Source of the DNA: Callorhinchus milii
Taxonomy: Eukaryota
Length of the DNA: 64,000 nt
Direction: 5' to 3'
NCBI RefSeq assembly: GCF_018977255.1
Contig: NW_024704742.1
Location: 109,866,001 to 109,930,000 of the forward strand
Part shown: positions 35,538-49,205 of the stretch, piece after piece
Layout of the letters: each line of letters starts with the position of its first letter
How positions within the stretch are numbered: position 1 is the first letter of the stretch
Made by a program: the position numbers and the translations under genes
Notes under the pieces: generated by a model
Told to the model about the DNA's origin: nothing
Databases searched by the model: none
Seen by the model: only the letters and a program-made list of their open reading frames with translations

Positions 35538-37907
35538 ACTGAAAGCATACTCTTCACAGAGTCCTCTTCCCTTTTAAAAATATCAATGACATTTTGGTCA
35601 TCAGTTTGGAAGACAACTGGAGAAACTACATGTGATCTGTCCCTTTTCCAATAAATGTTTGTGAAGAATAAGTCTATGTTCATATATCTTACGGAATTAT
35701 TAATTCATGTATCTGAATTTTATTTTGGTTGTTTTCATATCATATTTTGAAGTCTGCAGTCTGAAAGTATTCTCCATGTTTAGTCGTGTGTTCCAAATGA
35801 ATATATTTATATTTGAGTCATGTCTCATTAGGGTGCTCTCCCCATTTCTGCATAGAGAGCAATTGTTTGTTAAACTTCCTTTTCCTCGTCTCACCATTGA
35901 CGTTCTTGTAGATCGTTTGCTCCCCTTCCTCATTTCCGTCTTGTCAGTCAGCAACTGTGCTTGGTGGATCAGTTTTTCCTATTTTTCTTTTTGTATGTGC
36001 TTTGCACGTGGCAGCAGGCTCCTAGCAGGATAGGAAAGGGAAGTTATTGCTGCTCTGTCCTCACTGCCTATAATAATAAATCATAACTCCCCATCCTGTC
36101 AGCTACAGCTATCTTTTAAAATGCATGTTGCCTTAACAGTTTCAGTTTACACAGTTTGCATCTCCCAATGGCCACTAAAGTTGAATGGCTTTTCCTTCCT
36201 CATGTTAGACAAGCTTTGCAAATAATGAATGGGGAGCTCTGGCCCTTACTTCAAAGCACAGGAAAATGAATGTTGGCTTATGCGATTGCTGTATTTCTTA
36301 TCCAGTTGCCACTGTTTGAATAAAAACTACACGTCTACCTTGAAGGCAACTGACAAAAAAACTTATCTTTTAACTCCATCGCTAAAAGGATGCAGTTGCT
36401 GTATTATAAAATAAATATATTCTCTGCTAGTTAATCAAAAAGTACTCAGACAGCCATAACAAATGAGGTTCAAATGTTAGAATTTGTATCTTCCTTTTTT
36501 GTAGTTCATGACATACAGAATATTAGCAGTGATAAGCATTTACATGTTTGTATCTTTACAACATTATTAGGCTTAATATAGAGAATAATGAGTACTTGAG
36601 AGTGATTAGAAGGAACTATAGTAATTTATTTGAAGAAATAAATCAAGACGCACAATTCAATCACTTTATAATCATCGTCTGAACCCTGAACACGTCAAGA
36701 CTGTCCTTACAGTTGAATAATAATCCTTGCATTTGACTTTCACATCCAGAGGGCATAACAAAGTGCTTCACAGTATATATTGTAGTGACTGTATAATTCA
36801 TAAGCAAACTCAGCAGCCAGTCTGCGCACAGTAGTATCCCACAAACAGCTGTGAATCAAATTACCATTTTGGTGATCATTGGCCATGGTACTGGAAAAAA
36901 CTCCCTTTTTGTCGCTCATGACATACTGAATATGAGCAGTGACTATTTTAATGACTTTTTGGGGGACATCACTGGGTCCAAATTTGCTATTGCATTTGCC
37001 CACAAAATACTTTTATCACTACACTTTATAGCAGTGGTGGGCAACCTTTATGGTCAGGCAACAACATTTTTTTTATTACCATAAATCAAGAAATACCTAA
37101 TCAAGAAAAAGACTGAAACCAAGCTACCAATCGAACACAGACTTATCTAGACTCATGCAAATGTTCGGAATTGCTTCTTCAAGGCACCTTGGCCTCAGGT
37201 TAGCCACCACTCCTTTACAGTTTATCCTGTGTTGTACTTTGAGACGACCCCCCGGTATGGAAGACACTATATTAAATGCAAGGATTATTATAGAGAACAG
37301 TTATTATTTATAAAGAATGTGTAATGGATTTTGAAAAAAAACTAGGCTTTACAATTTGTAGAATCTATTCTCTCTTTCCTGTTATACCATAGTTCATGTA
37401 AAATGCATATTTTATAAATACAATATGTTTTTATTTCTGATTTGTTTTCATCAACATGTGTGTCACAAATATTTGCTTTTGTTAAGGTTGTTAAAATACA
37501 ATACACAAGGGACATAAAGTATTTTGTACTGTTCACATTTTTTGCTCTTAGCAGGTTGGGGGAGGGAGCATAATAATTTTATATGCATTTACATTTATCT
37601 GGTGGTTTTGATTGTCATATCAATTCATATTTGATTGTCATGAATGAGTATTTAAGACTCATTTTAATTATATTGTCCTTTTCCCCTCTTGTAATGCTAT
37701 TGATAAATGAAATGATTGATTAAATGACCATAACTAGGGAACATTATTGGACAATATTCTTATTAATATATTGATAAACATGAAATACCATGCCTTACCA
37801 TCAAAGCTGCTTTGTAGTGATGTTACTAAATGGAACTTTATTTACTCTTCCTGTGTAAAAGCAAGACTCAGTTTAGTAAACAAATACTGTGATGTTCTTT
37901 ACTGTAG

Positions 37908-38024
37908 ATGATTCGGCGAGAGACAGAAGTGAAGAACAAAGTGATCGCCGTAGCACTCACAGATTCTGTCCATAATGTTTGGCACCAGGATACTGTAAAG
38001 TCTATTTTGGACTGGATGCAAGAG
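37908..38024 (+). CDS. FAM172A: FAM172A/ARB2A internal coding exon (117 nt, phase 0/0)
   Basis: TAG acceptor ending at 37907, GTAAGA donor at 38025. Translates [39 protein letters not shown], in frame with the previous exon. Not in the ORF track. Confidence 0.95.
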
Positions 38025-38669
38025 GTAAGACTTCAATGTTGGTCTCAATGTTATCAATGTTTAAGATACGAAATTAATTAACCTTAGAGACAAGATTTTT
38101 TTTCCGTCAGCAATTCCTGTCTTGGAATCAAACAAGTCTTGTATTGTCAATGCGACACAGTGTGAATCTGAGCAACAAATAGAAGTGTAATACAGTCCGA
38201 TGTAGTTTTACATTAGACAACTTTGGAACCGTTTTAAGGATATGATAAGTTAATTGCAATTTCCGAAGACTCACTTGCCAATTTCTAACTCATAACTATG
38301 ACCTCAATTTGTATTCTGGATTTTCTGATGAAATATTCCCAGTAACAGTTTCACTTGAAGAGAACCATCTAACATAAAATAAATGGTGGAATAATACATA
38401 CTTGTAACATTTTAATTTCTTAGAGGCACTTTCTTCATGAAAAATATCTATCAAACTAATTGTTTGAAAAGGGATGCAGCAGAGCCGTCTGTTAATTTCA
38501 TCATATTAGGCTACATTCCGATTCATCATTCTCATATTTATCATTCTGATAGACTGGCTGACTGTCTAGTAATAGAATATCAGAATCAAGTTGATCCTCT
38601 TTGGCAATCTCAGTAAACAACAACAACTTGCATTTATATAGCGCCATTACCGCGGGTAACAAATCAGAA

Positions 38670-39120
38670 CTCAGTAGTCCCATTCCTGAGCCAGGCAGGA
38701 CTGCAGTGTTCCATGCAACTAGCTCATTGGCAGAACTTGGAGGAGCAGCAACAACAACAACTTACATTTATGTAGCGCCCCTCAAGCAGGGCAGGGTCCC
38801 AGAGCCCTTAATCCTTACTCCCAAAGCAGAACAGTCATGGGCAAGGACACATCCCACCTGCAAGCCAAAGCCATAATGGATAGGGTCCTAGCAGGACAAG
38901 TAGCGGAAAAGGTTCCAGGTGAATTGGTTTTTGATGGTTAAATTCCAGCAGTAACCTAGTGCATGCTCAGAGGTCCGCTAACCTTAACTCTTGCCAACCT
39001 TCACCTGATACATTCTGGAATTAGGTAAATGGGGTGCATCACTCCTGCGAGAGAGTGCAACACTTCTTTTCAAACAAAGGGAAATTTCCATACATAAGTG
39101 GAACTCTCAGTCTGGTTTTG
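38670..39120 (+). repeat. Family X copy, diverged, with a (CAA)n L2-tail fragment at about 38748-38780
   Basis: TTCCTGAGCCAGGCAGGACTGCAGT, CTCTTGCCAACCT, GGAATTAGGTAA, GGAACTCTCAGTCTGGTT. Confidence 0.75.
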
Positions 39121-39346
39121 TTGTCACTTGGTTACGTCCTTTTCAGAGAGCAAAGTGGGAGAGAATAGTGGTTAAAAAGGAGTTTTAATTATCTTTCTAC
39201 ATACAACCATTTGTCTCAGGTACTATTTATGTACACATATTATTTGGATCCGTTTTATATTTTGTTTCTGTCAGACTTCTTTTTCAGCTATTGTCTGTAT
39301 TCAGGGTGCAACAAATAATATCCTATTGCTATCTTAAATTAGTATA

Positions 39347-39650
39347 ATAATAAATAATAGTCCTTGCATTTGATATAGCGCCTTCACAGAATATACTGTA
39401 AAGTGAATTGACTGTATATTCTGTGGGCGAAATGTGAATTGAAGTGACCAATTACTTATTTTTTTTGAAGGATTTATTACCCCTGGAAAAGCGATCCGCC
39501 AATTATCTAGCAACCGGGTTCCTACTTACTGCTAGGTAAACAGAGGCATGTAGAGTAAGGAAACTTACCCAATATTTCGCCCTGCCGGGAATCAAAACCA
39601 GGTCTCTCGCTTGCGAGGCCAGTGCTCTAACCACTGAGCTACAATACTCC
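39347..39650 (-). mobile_element. tRNA-derived SINE, long subfamily, with internal deletions
   Basis: Head, GTTCCTACTTACTGCTAGGTAAACAGAGG segment and AAT tail. Confidence 0.85.
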
Positions 39651-40219
39651 ACAGCTACAGAATTCCACAAATTAGAAACTTTGACAATTATAGTTCATAG
39701 ATGCATAGGTATTTTGAAATTATATTTAGCATTTTAAGTGAGATATCTAGGCTGAAGAGTTTTTTTGTCGGTGTAGTTGCAAATTGCATTTAGACACCTT
39801 TTTATCAGCACTTTTCAAGCTTAGGAAGGATGTTGTTTTTTCTGACGAGACAAAACTGTTGAAGACTCCTGTTCCTAATTCCCTGTAGATTTAGATGGTC
39901 TGAAACCATTTGGCCACATTCAATGTAAGATGAATTTTGTTTAGTCATCATTATATACAGGATGCAAGCTCCACTTTTGCCATAAAACACAGGGTGACAA
40001 TCCAGACCCAGACCTGCAAAGTATGAGCCTTTATCTGGTCTAGTATTTGAGCATTATTTTAACTTATGTTTTATAATAATAATAATAACAATTCTTGCAT
40101 TTAATATAGTGCCTCTCATGTCAGGAGGAACTATTCTGAGGGCAAATGTGGCAGGTAATATGATACAACAATGTTTCAGAAACAGATATTGTAAAAAATC
40201 TAATAATATAAATAAAAAA

Positions 40220-40550
40220 ATTCTAAAGTGGCTAGACAATATAGATCATGATAGGCTGTTTCAACTTGCCCAGAATAGTAATACCAGAGCACACAGCTTG
40301 CGATTGAAGGGGGTAAGTTCAGAACAAATCTATGCAAACACTATTTCAGTGAGCGAACAGTGAACCTGTGGAACAGGCTCCCTAGGATTGATTCTTTCAA
40401 ACACAGATGAAATAGTTTTCTTTTAGGAAATAACATTATAAGGTATGGTACATAGGTAGTCTGAGACATATGTGCATGCGACCCCCAGGAAGGTGGAAGA
40501 CGAGCTAGATGGACCTTAGGCTTTTTTCGTCCAGCATTTCTTAAGTTCTT
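40220..40550 (+). mobile_element. CR1 3' fragment, same family as 33870-35537
   Basis: Collinear with 35220-35535. Confidence 0.9.
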
Positions 40551-40944
40551 ATCTAAATAAAAACGCAAATCGCAAATAGTGTTGTCAGATATTTCAAAGT
40601 ATAAATAAGGAATATAAAAGCTCCAATGTTAAAAAAAACAGGTTTATGGATAAATGTGAATCATATAGATCAGGAAGATCCAGGTTCAAACCTTGTCTTT
40701 GTTGGGCTGACTAATTTCAGAGCAGATGTCGCAAAGGTGGCGATAGTTTTACTTGCAGACTGTTTCTTGGCTGAGAAAATGCCTGAAAAATCCAACAAAA
40801 GGGCGGAAATCAAAAGCAACCTGGGAAAAGGACTTCACTTAAAACAATAGGACATTGATTGCAACACTTAAGTATAATTAGGACAACCAGTGTGATAGGA
40901 TTGTTGGCCAACAAACCAGAAGAAACTCACTTCTCTCTGCTATG

Positions 40945-41340
40945 TGTATCTGCTTGGCTGAGTTGGTAGTAATCTAGCCTCTGAATCAGAAGGTTGTGGG
41001 ATAATGTTGAACTCGTATTGTCTTGGCTGACACTCCAGTGCGGTCCTGCAATGCGATAAGTGCCATCCTTCGGATGAGATGTAAAATCGCGGAATGTCTG
41101 CCTATACATGTGGATGTTAAAGACCCCATGGCACTATTTGAAAAGAGAAGTGTGTTTCTCCCAGTGGCCTGACCAACGATCCCTGAAATAAAATTAGTCA
41201 TTCACTTCATAGATGTTTGTGCACAAATTGCTGAGCACAAATTAGTTGCCAAATTTTGCCTATAAAATATACAGTCACTGAACTTTACAGTATATTGTTA
41301 AGAGTTTTGAGACATCCTTTCAACATGAAAGGCATTATAC
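40945..41340 (+). mobile_element. DeuSINE
   Basis: GCCATCCTTCGGATGAGATGTAAAATCG...GACCCCATGGCACTATTTGAA. Confidence 0.85.
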
Positions 41341-42828
41341 GACATCCTCTCTGTCTGTGACCAGGGCTCCTTCTGCCTCCTCGTCCTCCTGGACCTCTCT
41401 GCTGCGTTCGACAGTCTACCACACCATCCTCCTCCACCACCTCTCCTCCCTCATCCACCTAAGTGGGACCGCACTCGCATGGTTCAAGTCCTACTTTCTC
41501 TTTGACCGAGCCTTCAGCTCCCCTCTCGACTCTCTTCTCCCTCCTTGCTCCCTCCTTTCCCTCCCCTCACCCTGACCATTTCCCCCCTCCTCGCACCCTC
41601 CCTTCCCTCCCCTCATCCTGACCATTTCCCCCCTCCTCGCTCCCTCCCTTCCCTCCCCTCACCCTGACCATTTCCCCCTGCTCGGGTCCTGACCCAACTG
41701 TGCAGCGCCTTGGGACGTCCTCCTGACGTGAAAGGCGCTTTATAAATGGAATCTTGTTGTTGTTGTTGTTGTACTAAACCAACGGCCTTGGCTTCATCTC
41801 GGCAAATGGTTTCTCCTCCTGCTCCCGCTCGGTCACCTATGGGGTACCCCAGAGCTCCATCCTTGGACCTCTTCTTTTTCTCATCTATATGCTCCCTCTG
41901 GGCGATGTCATCTGCAGACACGGGGTAAACTTCCACATGTATGTGGATGACACACAAATCTACTTTGCTTCCTCCAGCTGTGACTCCAGGTCTGCTGATG
42001 TTCTATTAGCTTGTCTAGCAGACATTTAGGCCTGGATGAGTGCAAAATTCCTGCAGCTGAATGTGGACAAGACGGAAGTCACACTCTGGCTTCCGTCAAC
42101 ATCTTCACTCCTGCAGATCTGAACTCCTCATCCTCTCTTAGGTCTCCCTCACAATTACTGAAAAATCTAGGTGCTTGGTTTGACCCCCACCTTCTTTCCC
42201 CACATCCAGTCCCTGTCCAGGACCGCCTTCTTCCATTTCCGCCACATTGCCTGCCTCCGACCGTACCTTACCCCAAATGCAGCCAAAACCCTCCCACCTG
42301 GATTACTCAAATGCACTCCTCGCCAGTCTCCCCAGCTCCACTATTCAAAAAATCCTGCTTATTCAGAACCCCCATCTCACCAGTTCTGGCCAGGCTCCAC
42401 TGGCTTCCCATTACCAAACGGGTCGACTTCAAGATCCTCAAACTCGTGTTCAAATCCCTTCGCTCTCTGGCAGCTGCCTCTTGCCTACCTCTCTGACTTC
42501 CTCACTCCCAAATCCACCATCCGGCGCCTCCACTCGACTGGCACAGGCCTCCTGCCTGTCCCTCACACCCTCTGTCCTACCAGAACTCTGGAACACTCCC
42601 CCTCAATCCATCCGCCTTGCCCCTTCTCTCCCTTTTTCAAGTCCTGCCTGAAAACGTTTCTTTCGAACGTGGGTACGGTCACTCACCCCCACCCGCGCTC
42701 CCTCCCCCCACCATCTTGGTGTCAGGCTCCATCACTGTTAAGCGCTCTGAGACGCTACCCTGTGTGGAGGGCGGTATACAAGGGCAAGTTGTTGAATACC
42801 AAATTTAAGGATTATTATTAATAATAAA
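41341..42828 (+). mobile_element. Older L2 RT remnant with a nested younger L2 3' end (41496-41771)
   Basis: LLDLSAAFD, HMYVDDTQIY and LHWLPITKRVDFKIL motifs; the nested insert is flanked by TACT (41492-41495 and 41772-41775). Confidence 0.9.
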
Positions 42829-42829
42829 T

Positions 42830-43035
42830 AGCACCATGTGATTTTTAACATTTAACTGAAAAACACATCGTACTCTCAATTTAGCATCTCATCCAAAGAG
42901 TGGCATCTTCAATAATACAGGCTTCCCCCAGCACCTTGTTGGAGTGTCAGCCTATGAGCTCAAAGTCCTGACATAGGTCTTGAACCCACAACCTTCTGAC
43001 AGAAGTGAAAATGCAACAGACTAAGACAGCATGAC
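42830..43035 (-). mobile_element. DeuSINE 5' half
   Basis: TCTCATCCAAAGAGTGGCATC, GGAGTGTCAGCC, CTTGAACCCACAACCTTCTGAC. Confidence 0.75.
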
Positions 43036-43954
43036 ATAAACATTGAATGAGTGGAAACAACTACAGCATTAAATGAATTAATTAACTTTACGTAAGAATA
43101 TCACCCAAATAAGCATGTTACCCTTAACTACTCTTCATGGATGTATTTTACTCTTTGTCGTCTGTATATGCCTTCCATTTTTATCTTTTTAAAATTTGCT
43201 GGTGGGAGTCTTTCAACTGCAGAATTATGCCTTGCAGCTACATATTAATATTGACAGGTAGTGAGAATTTTACAAGATTAAGATAATAGAACTGGGCTCT
43301 AAAGCACAGATTGACAGAAAGAAAATGTTTCATTGAAAATACTATACTTCCAGGGGTTCCATATATTATGAGGAAACTGGGTCCAATGCTGATTGAGGCA
43401 GGAAATAGCAATTCTAATTAAACTATCCACTTTTAAAATGGTTATGCATTTCTTTAAGAAAATATGTGGCTGGATTACTTCTCTGAAAATGTTAAGGTAT
43501 CCTGTTAGCAATTTGAACAGAGATAAGTTGTAGTTGGAGCAATGTTGGAGGAATAGATTTGACTTCAGCATCCCCAGGCTAAAGAGTGACATAATTGGCT
43601 GGGGATCCTGTTATCGATTCTGATGTATGAAGTATTTAAAATTTATTATCTAATTGTGCTTATGTTTGTAAGATATTCATTGATCATGCAGTCATCAACA
43701 ATTCAGCTCTTATGATTAAAAACTGCATCTGCTGAAACTTCTTACTGGTGGAAATAATGTTCCTGAAGGTGTCAAACTAAAATAGCCACTATACTCTTTG
43801 ATGCTTACAATAGATAGTTCCTTGACTTGTTGGAAGTACATCTGAAAAACAAGTGGGCACAGTCTCTTCTCAATGCTCTTTGGTTCATAAATAGGGATCA
43901 GTTGATGCTTTGTGTACAAGTCTATTCTTTCTGTGGACTTTTATAGTTAGCCAA

Positions 43955-44260
43955 AATACAACATTTGTACCCTTCACTTAGGATAACATCTCAGAGTGCC
44001 TCACAGAGATCGAGTCAGACAAAAGTGTGGGTGGGGGGTAGGGTGACCAAAGTCATGGTCAAAGAGGTTTCAAGGTGGCATTTAAGCACAGATAGAGAGG
44101 AGAGAGCTCCAGAGGTTATGGTTATAGTCAAAGGTTCGGTCCCGATGATGAGGGTGGGATATGCAAAGCAAGCCTGAGCAAGCCTGTTCACGTGGGATAA
44201 TGTCTTGGAGTGCCTCACAGTGATCAGGAAAAGGGGGAGAAGGAAGTGACCATATACACA
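43955..44260 (-). mobile_element. Old L2 3' fragment
   Basis: Reverse-strand LKCHLETSL-like C-terminus and L2-type tail. Confidence 0.55.
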
Positions 44261-44519
44261 ATCGAAAAGGCCCAGAGGCCGCTTATAACCAAAGTGCTAA
44301 ACGGTGCCCAAAGTCAGTGTCTTCAGGTCACTATTGATGTTGAACAGAAAGCACTGCTATCTCAGTGAACTGACATGAACGGCACTTCCTGTGAATAGTG
44401 CTCAGACGCACAAGAACCCATGTCAGCATCATTTCCGGTGCTTAGTGCGTTTACATAGCAAGCAACATCAGCAATACATGGACACAAGACACAGGAAGTG
44501 ATGGCAGTTGCAATCTGAT

Positions 44520-44967
44520 CCTCCACCAGCTGTGACTCCAGGTCTGTCGATGTTCTGTCTGCTTGTCTGGCAGATATCAGGGCCTGGATGAGTGCAAACC
44601 TCTTGCAACTAAACGTTGACAAGGCGGAAGCCATATCCTTGGCTCCCGAACCTAGGCTCTGCAAACACGGGGTAAACTTCCACATGTATGTGGATGACAC
44701 ACAAATCTACTTTGCTTCCTCCAGCTCTTATCGACTGGCTCCGGCCTTCTGCATGTCTCTCATGCCCTACATTCCAGCATCAATGGCCGCACTTTCAGCC
44801 ACTACATCCCAAAACTCTGGAACACTCTTTCTCTATCTCTCCAACCCTGTCCCCTCCTTCCCCATCTTCAGGTTGTGCCTGGAGACCTTCCCAGCCTTGG
44901 CTCGGCATTGTGCTCCGCCACTGTCAATAGAAATGCAGGGCGCTATATAATGGGGTTGTTGTTGTTG
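44520..44967 (+). mobile_element. Rearranged L2 fragment with (TTG)n tail
   Basis: WMSANLLQLNVDK lies upstream of HMYVDDTQIY, the reverse of the order at 41911-42080. Confidence 0.8.
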
Positions 44968-45606
44968 AACTGGAGAACAGACGTTTTTTTCAAGTGCGGG
45001 AAGCTGGCTGGTTAGTGCTGGAAGCTAGATATACCCCACTTCGTTAGCACATGCCCATTGTAGTCGCACAATATAAGCGAGGCAGTGGTAAACTATGGGA
45101 GGAGAAGAGTTATATCACGGGTCCTTGTGAACCATTTTAAGCCCAACAGGGAGTTATTTTATTACAATTACCCACAAGTGTCCTCAAGTTCTTCTTGGTA
45201 GCCCAACAAACGGCTTTACTAGTGTTTTATGAGTTAAGTTCAATATCAGTGTGAACTAGTTCACTGTCTCTTGGCATTTTCAATTTAGGTTCAGTGTGTA
45301 AGTAATGTATAAATATAGCAACAAAAGGCCCGTACCACTTTTACCAAATGGAACCTTGAGTTTACTACTCTTTAACTGTGTTTGAGCTGTTATTCAGTGT
45401 TCTGCCTTGCCTAAAAGTAAAGCTTACTGAAAATTAAACAAAAGAATAACATCTCTGTTCAGGTAAATTATGAAACTAATTGGAAAAGTTCATCAATAAT
45501 TCCATTAAATTAATTGTTTATAACCAGCCACAACTGTATTAATGTATTTTTTTTAAAAGACTTGTATAATCCCCCTCTTTCTGTAACTCAAATTATCAAC
45601 ATCTGT

Positions 45607-45915
45607 AATAATAATAATAATCCTTGCATTTGATATAGCGCTTTTCACGTCGAGAGGACGTCCCAAAGCGCTTCACAGAACACACTGTAAAGTGAATTGA
45701 CTGTATATTTGTAGGCGAACGCGGCAGCCAATTGCGCACAGCAATGTCCCACAAACAGTCGTAGATTGAAAATGACCAATTTATTATTGTTTTTTTGGAG
45801 GGATTATTATTAGGCGTGTGGAGTAAGGAAACTTGCCCAAGGTTTCGCCCTGCCAGGAATTGAACCCAGGTGTCTCGCTTGCAAAGCGAGTGCTCTAACC
45901 ACTGAGCTACAGGAC
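45607..45915 (-). mobile_element. Full-length young tRNA-derived SINE, short subfamily
   Basis: Intact A and B boxes and (AAT)n tail; near-identical to 2876-3138. Confidence 0.9.
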
Positions 45916-46094
45916 AGTAAATTAGATAATGTGTTATCTAATTTACTGGTGTATTTTATTTTGGTCACCTGGGAAACCTATCATCATGCTTATGAGTATC
46001 CAAAACAGACTGAGAGTTTCACATATGTTATTCACCTACCTACGGAAATTTCCCTGTGCTTGGGATGGAATATGCATTCTGAATCTCTTGAGGA

Positions 46095-46478
46095 ATTCAC
46101 CCTGTTTACCTAATTCCTGAGAGTAATAGGCACAAGTTGGCAAGAGCCATGCCTATGGCCTCCAGAGTATGCTTTGAGGCACTGTTGGATTTATTGATGA
46201 GAGCACTGTCTAGCAAACTTCCTACTGCTTGTCCACCTAGTACAACTCTACCCATTAGGTTTTGAGCTCGCAGAACAAATCGGAACTGAGTGGGAAGGAT
46301 CCTTGTAACAGTTCCTTGGAGCTTTGTCTCACTCAGAAACTGGATTACCAAGTCCACCACAGAGGATTGACTCAATTCCGACATTCTGTTGCCAAGTACG
46401 CTACCTTGGAGCCAGTTCAGCTCCAAGGGGTCCCTACTTACTTCCCCTTTCCCCCCAGGAGAAAAGTCACCAGTATGC
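46095..46478 (-). repeat. Family X copy
   Basis: Contains CCTTGGAGCCAGTTCAGCTCCAAGG (same hairpin) and TTACCTAATTCC. Confidence 0.8.
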
Positions 46479-48994
46479 TGGATGCAACAAATATAGTGCT
46501 TCAGCATCAAAAAAAAATTTAGAAAGTGATACAACTAAAAGTTTTAATTCCAATTACAATAGTGATCAAGACATTGGCCCAAGCACCAATATATATTGAT
46601 GGACCCAACCACAGTTTGTTATCTTTTCTGCTTAATTTTTTTTCTCACACATATTGGGTTTTCCAACGCCATGCACCGTTCCCTAAGAGGATGAACAAAT
46701 AGGTCATCTGTTTTTAAGTATCTGCCAGTTCAAATTTGAACTCGCCTTTAGGGGGTATGTGAAAACCATGTCAGTTCACAGTTCACTATACTTCAATTTC
46801 CCCTCATTGCCTGCCTGAGAAAAAGTACATGGCCATTGCTAAGCACCCGCCCAGAGAGTCTGATGGGGATTGAAAACCTTGTGGGTGTCACAGGAGAGTA
46901 ACCATGTTCTACCACTCTGTGGCACTGTGCATCAAAATGCCAACATGGTGCAACACCCTGCCACCCAACTTTTAATATACTGAGTAGCAACAGATTGCAG
47001 TAATTCAAACTGTTACCTATTTAAGGTTAGATTTACTATTATTTATTAAAGTATTAAGACGTTGGCTATAATTTCTGTTTATTATATCTAGGGATAATAT
47101 TCTTCCTTATACATTTCCTTGTAAAAGGTCACAAATTCTTCATAGACCCGGTGAAAATTCTGTTTTGATATAAATTAGTGGTAGCTTTTAAAAAAGGTAA
47201 ATCAAATTGGTAACATGCTAAGTCTTCTTGTCATTATTTCTGTTCTCCTTAAAGCAAACATGCAAGTATGTAAGCGTAATAATTAAATTTTCCATTACAA
47301 GGGCACCTATTGTATAGTAAAGATAATCCATCAATTGTGCTATTTGATTGTAAATCAAAAACATGAAAAAACACAGTGGTGCCTAAATAATATTTGCAAC
47401 GTGTGTAAAATGTGTATGAAATAGTTTGGTCTGATTTTTTACTAATACTGTACATAAAATAATTGGCTTATTTCTTATATATGAATTCTAATCACAAATT
47501 GCCCCCGGTACTTACTAATTGCTCCCATTGTCCTGGGACCCATTCACATATATAGCTTGTATCTTGGTTAGATAAAATATCTTTAATTTATCATAGTAGC
47601 CTATTTTTAGAAGCTCAAGAAGACACGCTTTTTGGCATACAGCAGTAGCTGTGATGAATGATTAGACATTAAGTCAGCCATTTCCATATCTTGACACTAT
47701 GTTCCACAATGCCTTTAACTTGCAGACAATTAAACTACTTTAAGGAGAAAAAGACTTCTTAAATGTGAAGTAATCGAGCATAATCTTTTAGCCTTTATGA
47801 TAAAATATTCAATCATTTCTGAAAATAATTACTGCTTTTATTTCAAATGGGTGCCATATCTAATAATATTTTAGATGTACAATTTCCAAGTTTTGCTATC
47901 TTCATTTAAAGCACTTCACTTTTCTAAATCCATCTGTCAATACAGCTTTGCATTGATAATTCCTGAGTATATTACATGGATAAAAGCTCATCATTGAAAA
48001 TGACAGTCCATTGTCAAAGTTTTTAAATTGTATGAAGGTTTGTAAAATATGCAAAAATAAGTATTAATAGTCTAATTATTGTATTAAAAAACTGACATTT
48101 GGAACACTACAGGACAGCCTGTTTGTTTTCACATTATTGCACACAGTTCAATAGTTTCATTGATCTACTGTTTCTCACTAAAATCTGCCATGCTTTGTGA
48201 ACTTCACTTTCTAATCCCATACAGCCACCATGCCTTTATGTTTTTTTCTGCTCTCCCTCGTCCCAGAACAGTAGGGTTGCCTTGACAAATCTATTCAAAA
48301 GCCATTCTTCAGCCTTTATTGGTGGGGACTGGAGCCTTTGAAATTCTTCTACTTACTGCACCACAGCTGACATCTTCTTCTAGACAGAATGAATTAAAGA
48401 AATACAATAAGACACTTGATCTATCAGTAAAGGATCTTTCCACAGTAGGGATGGATTCCATAGTAGCAGCCAGGGCAGTAAGAATCTAAAAATGCAGATT
48501 ATGTATTTGTTTGTCAAAAGAGCAAAATGTATTTGTTCCTATACTTGGTTGTTTTAAAATGGCAAATGAACAAAAACATTTTTATCTTTTAGCCAAAACA
48601 CTGCTTTTGTATTTGGAACTATTCCGTAGAAAATTAGCAGATTACATGACATTTTAATAGTGAAAGCATGCAGAGATTCAGCTGATCTGGAACATGGGTA
48701 TTAGAAATGCAGATTATAGTGAAAATGACTGGAATGTGTAAAACACCATATTAGCTTGCAGGGTTATCCTTTAATGTGCCAATCCTTGAGCATTCAAACA
48801 AGCATGCGTAATATTAGATGCTCTTTTAAAGATGATATTGCAGTATATTCTACTGACTTCCCATTATAACTTAGAAAGTGCCTTTTTATGTCAAAATGTC
48901 TTTACATTAATTATTATTAAGTATAGTGTATTTTTATAGGCTTTTGTACACAGCAAGGACGTCTTGAGACAATTAATCTGGAGGATTTTTAGCC

Positions 48995-49205
48995 ATGATA
49001 CATTTTTGAATGTTGTAGTTTTTAATATCCACCTGAAGGACAAGCTGCAGGTCCGCTGTTTAACATCTCATCCAAAGGATGGCACCTAAGATAATTTGGC
49101 ATATTGGATTGACAGCTTGGACTATGAGCTCAAGTTCTGACATGGAGCTTGAACTCACAACCTTTTGACCCAGCGGCAAGAAAGCTACCAACTAAACTAA
49201 GCTGA
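48995..49205 (-). mobile_element. DeuSINE fragment
   Basis: TTTAACATCTCATCCAAAGGATGGCACC, TTGAACTCACAACCTT. Confidence 0.75.
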
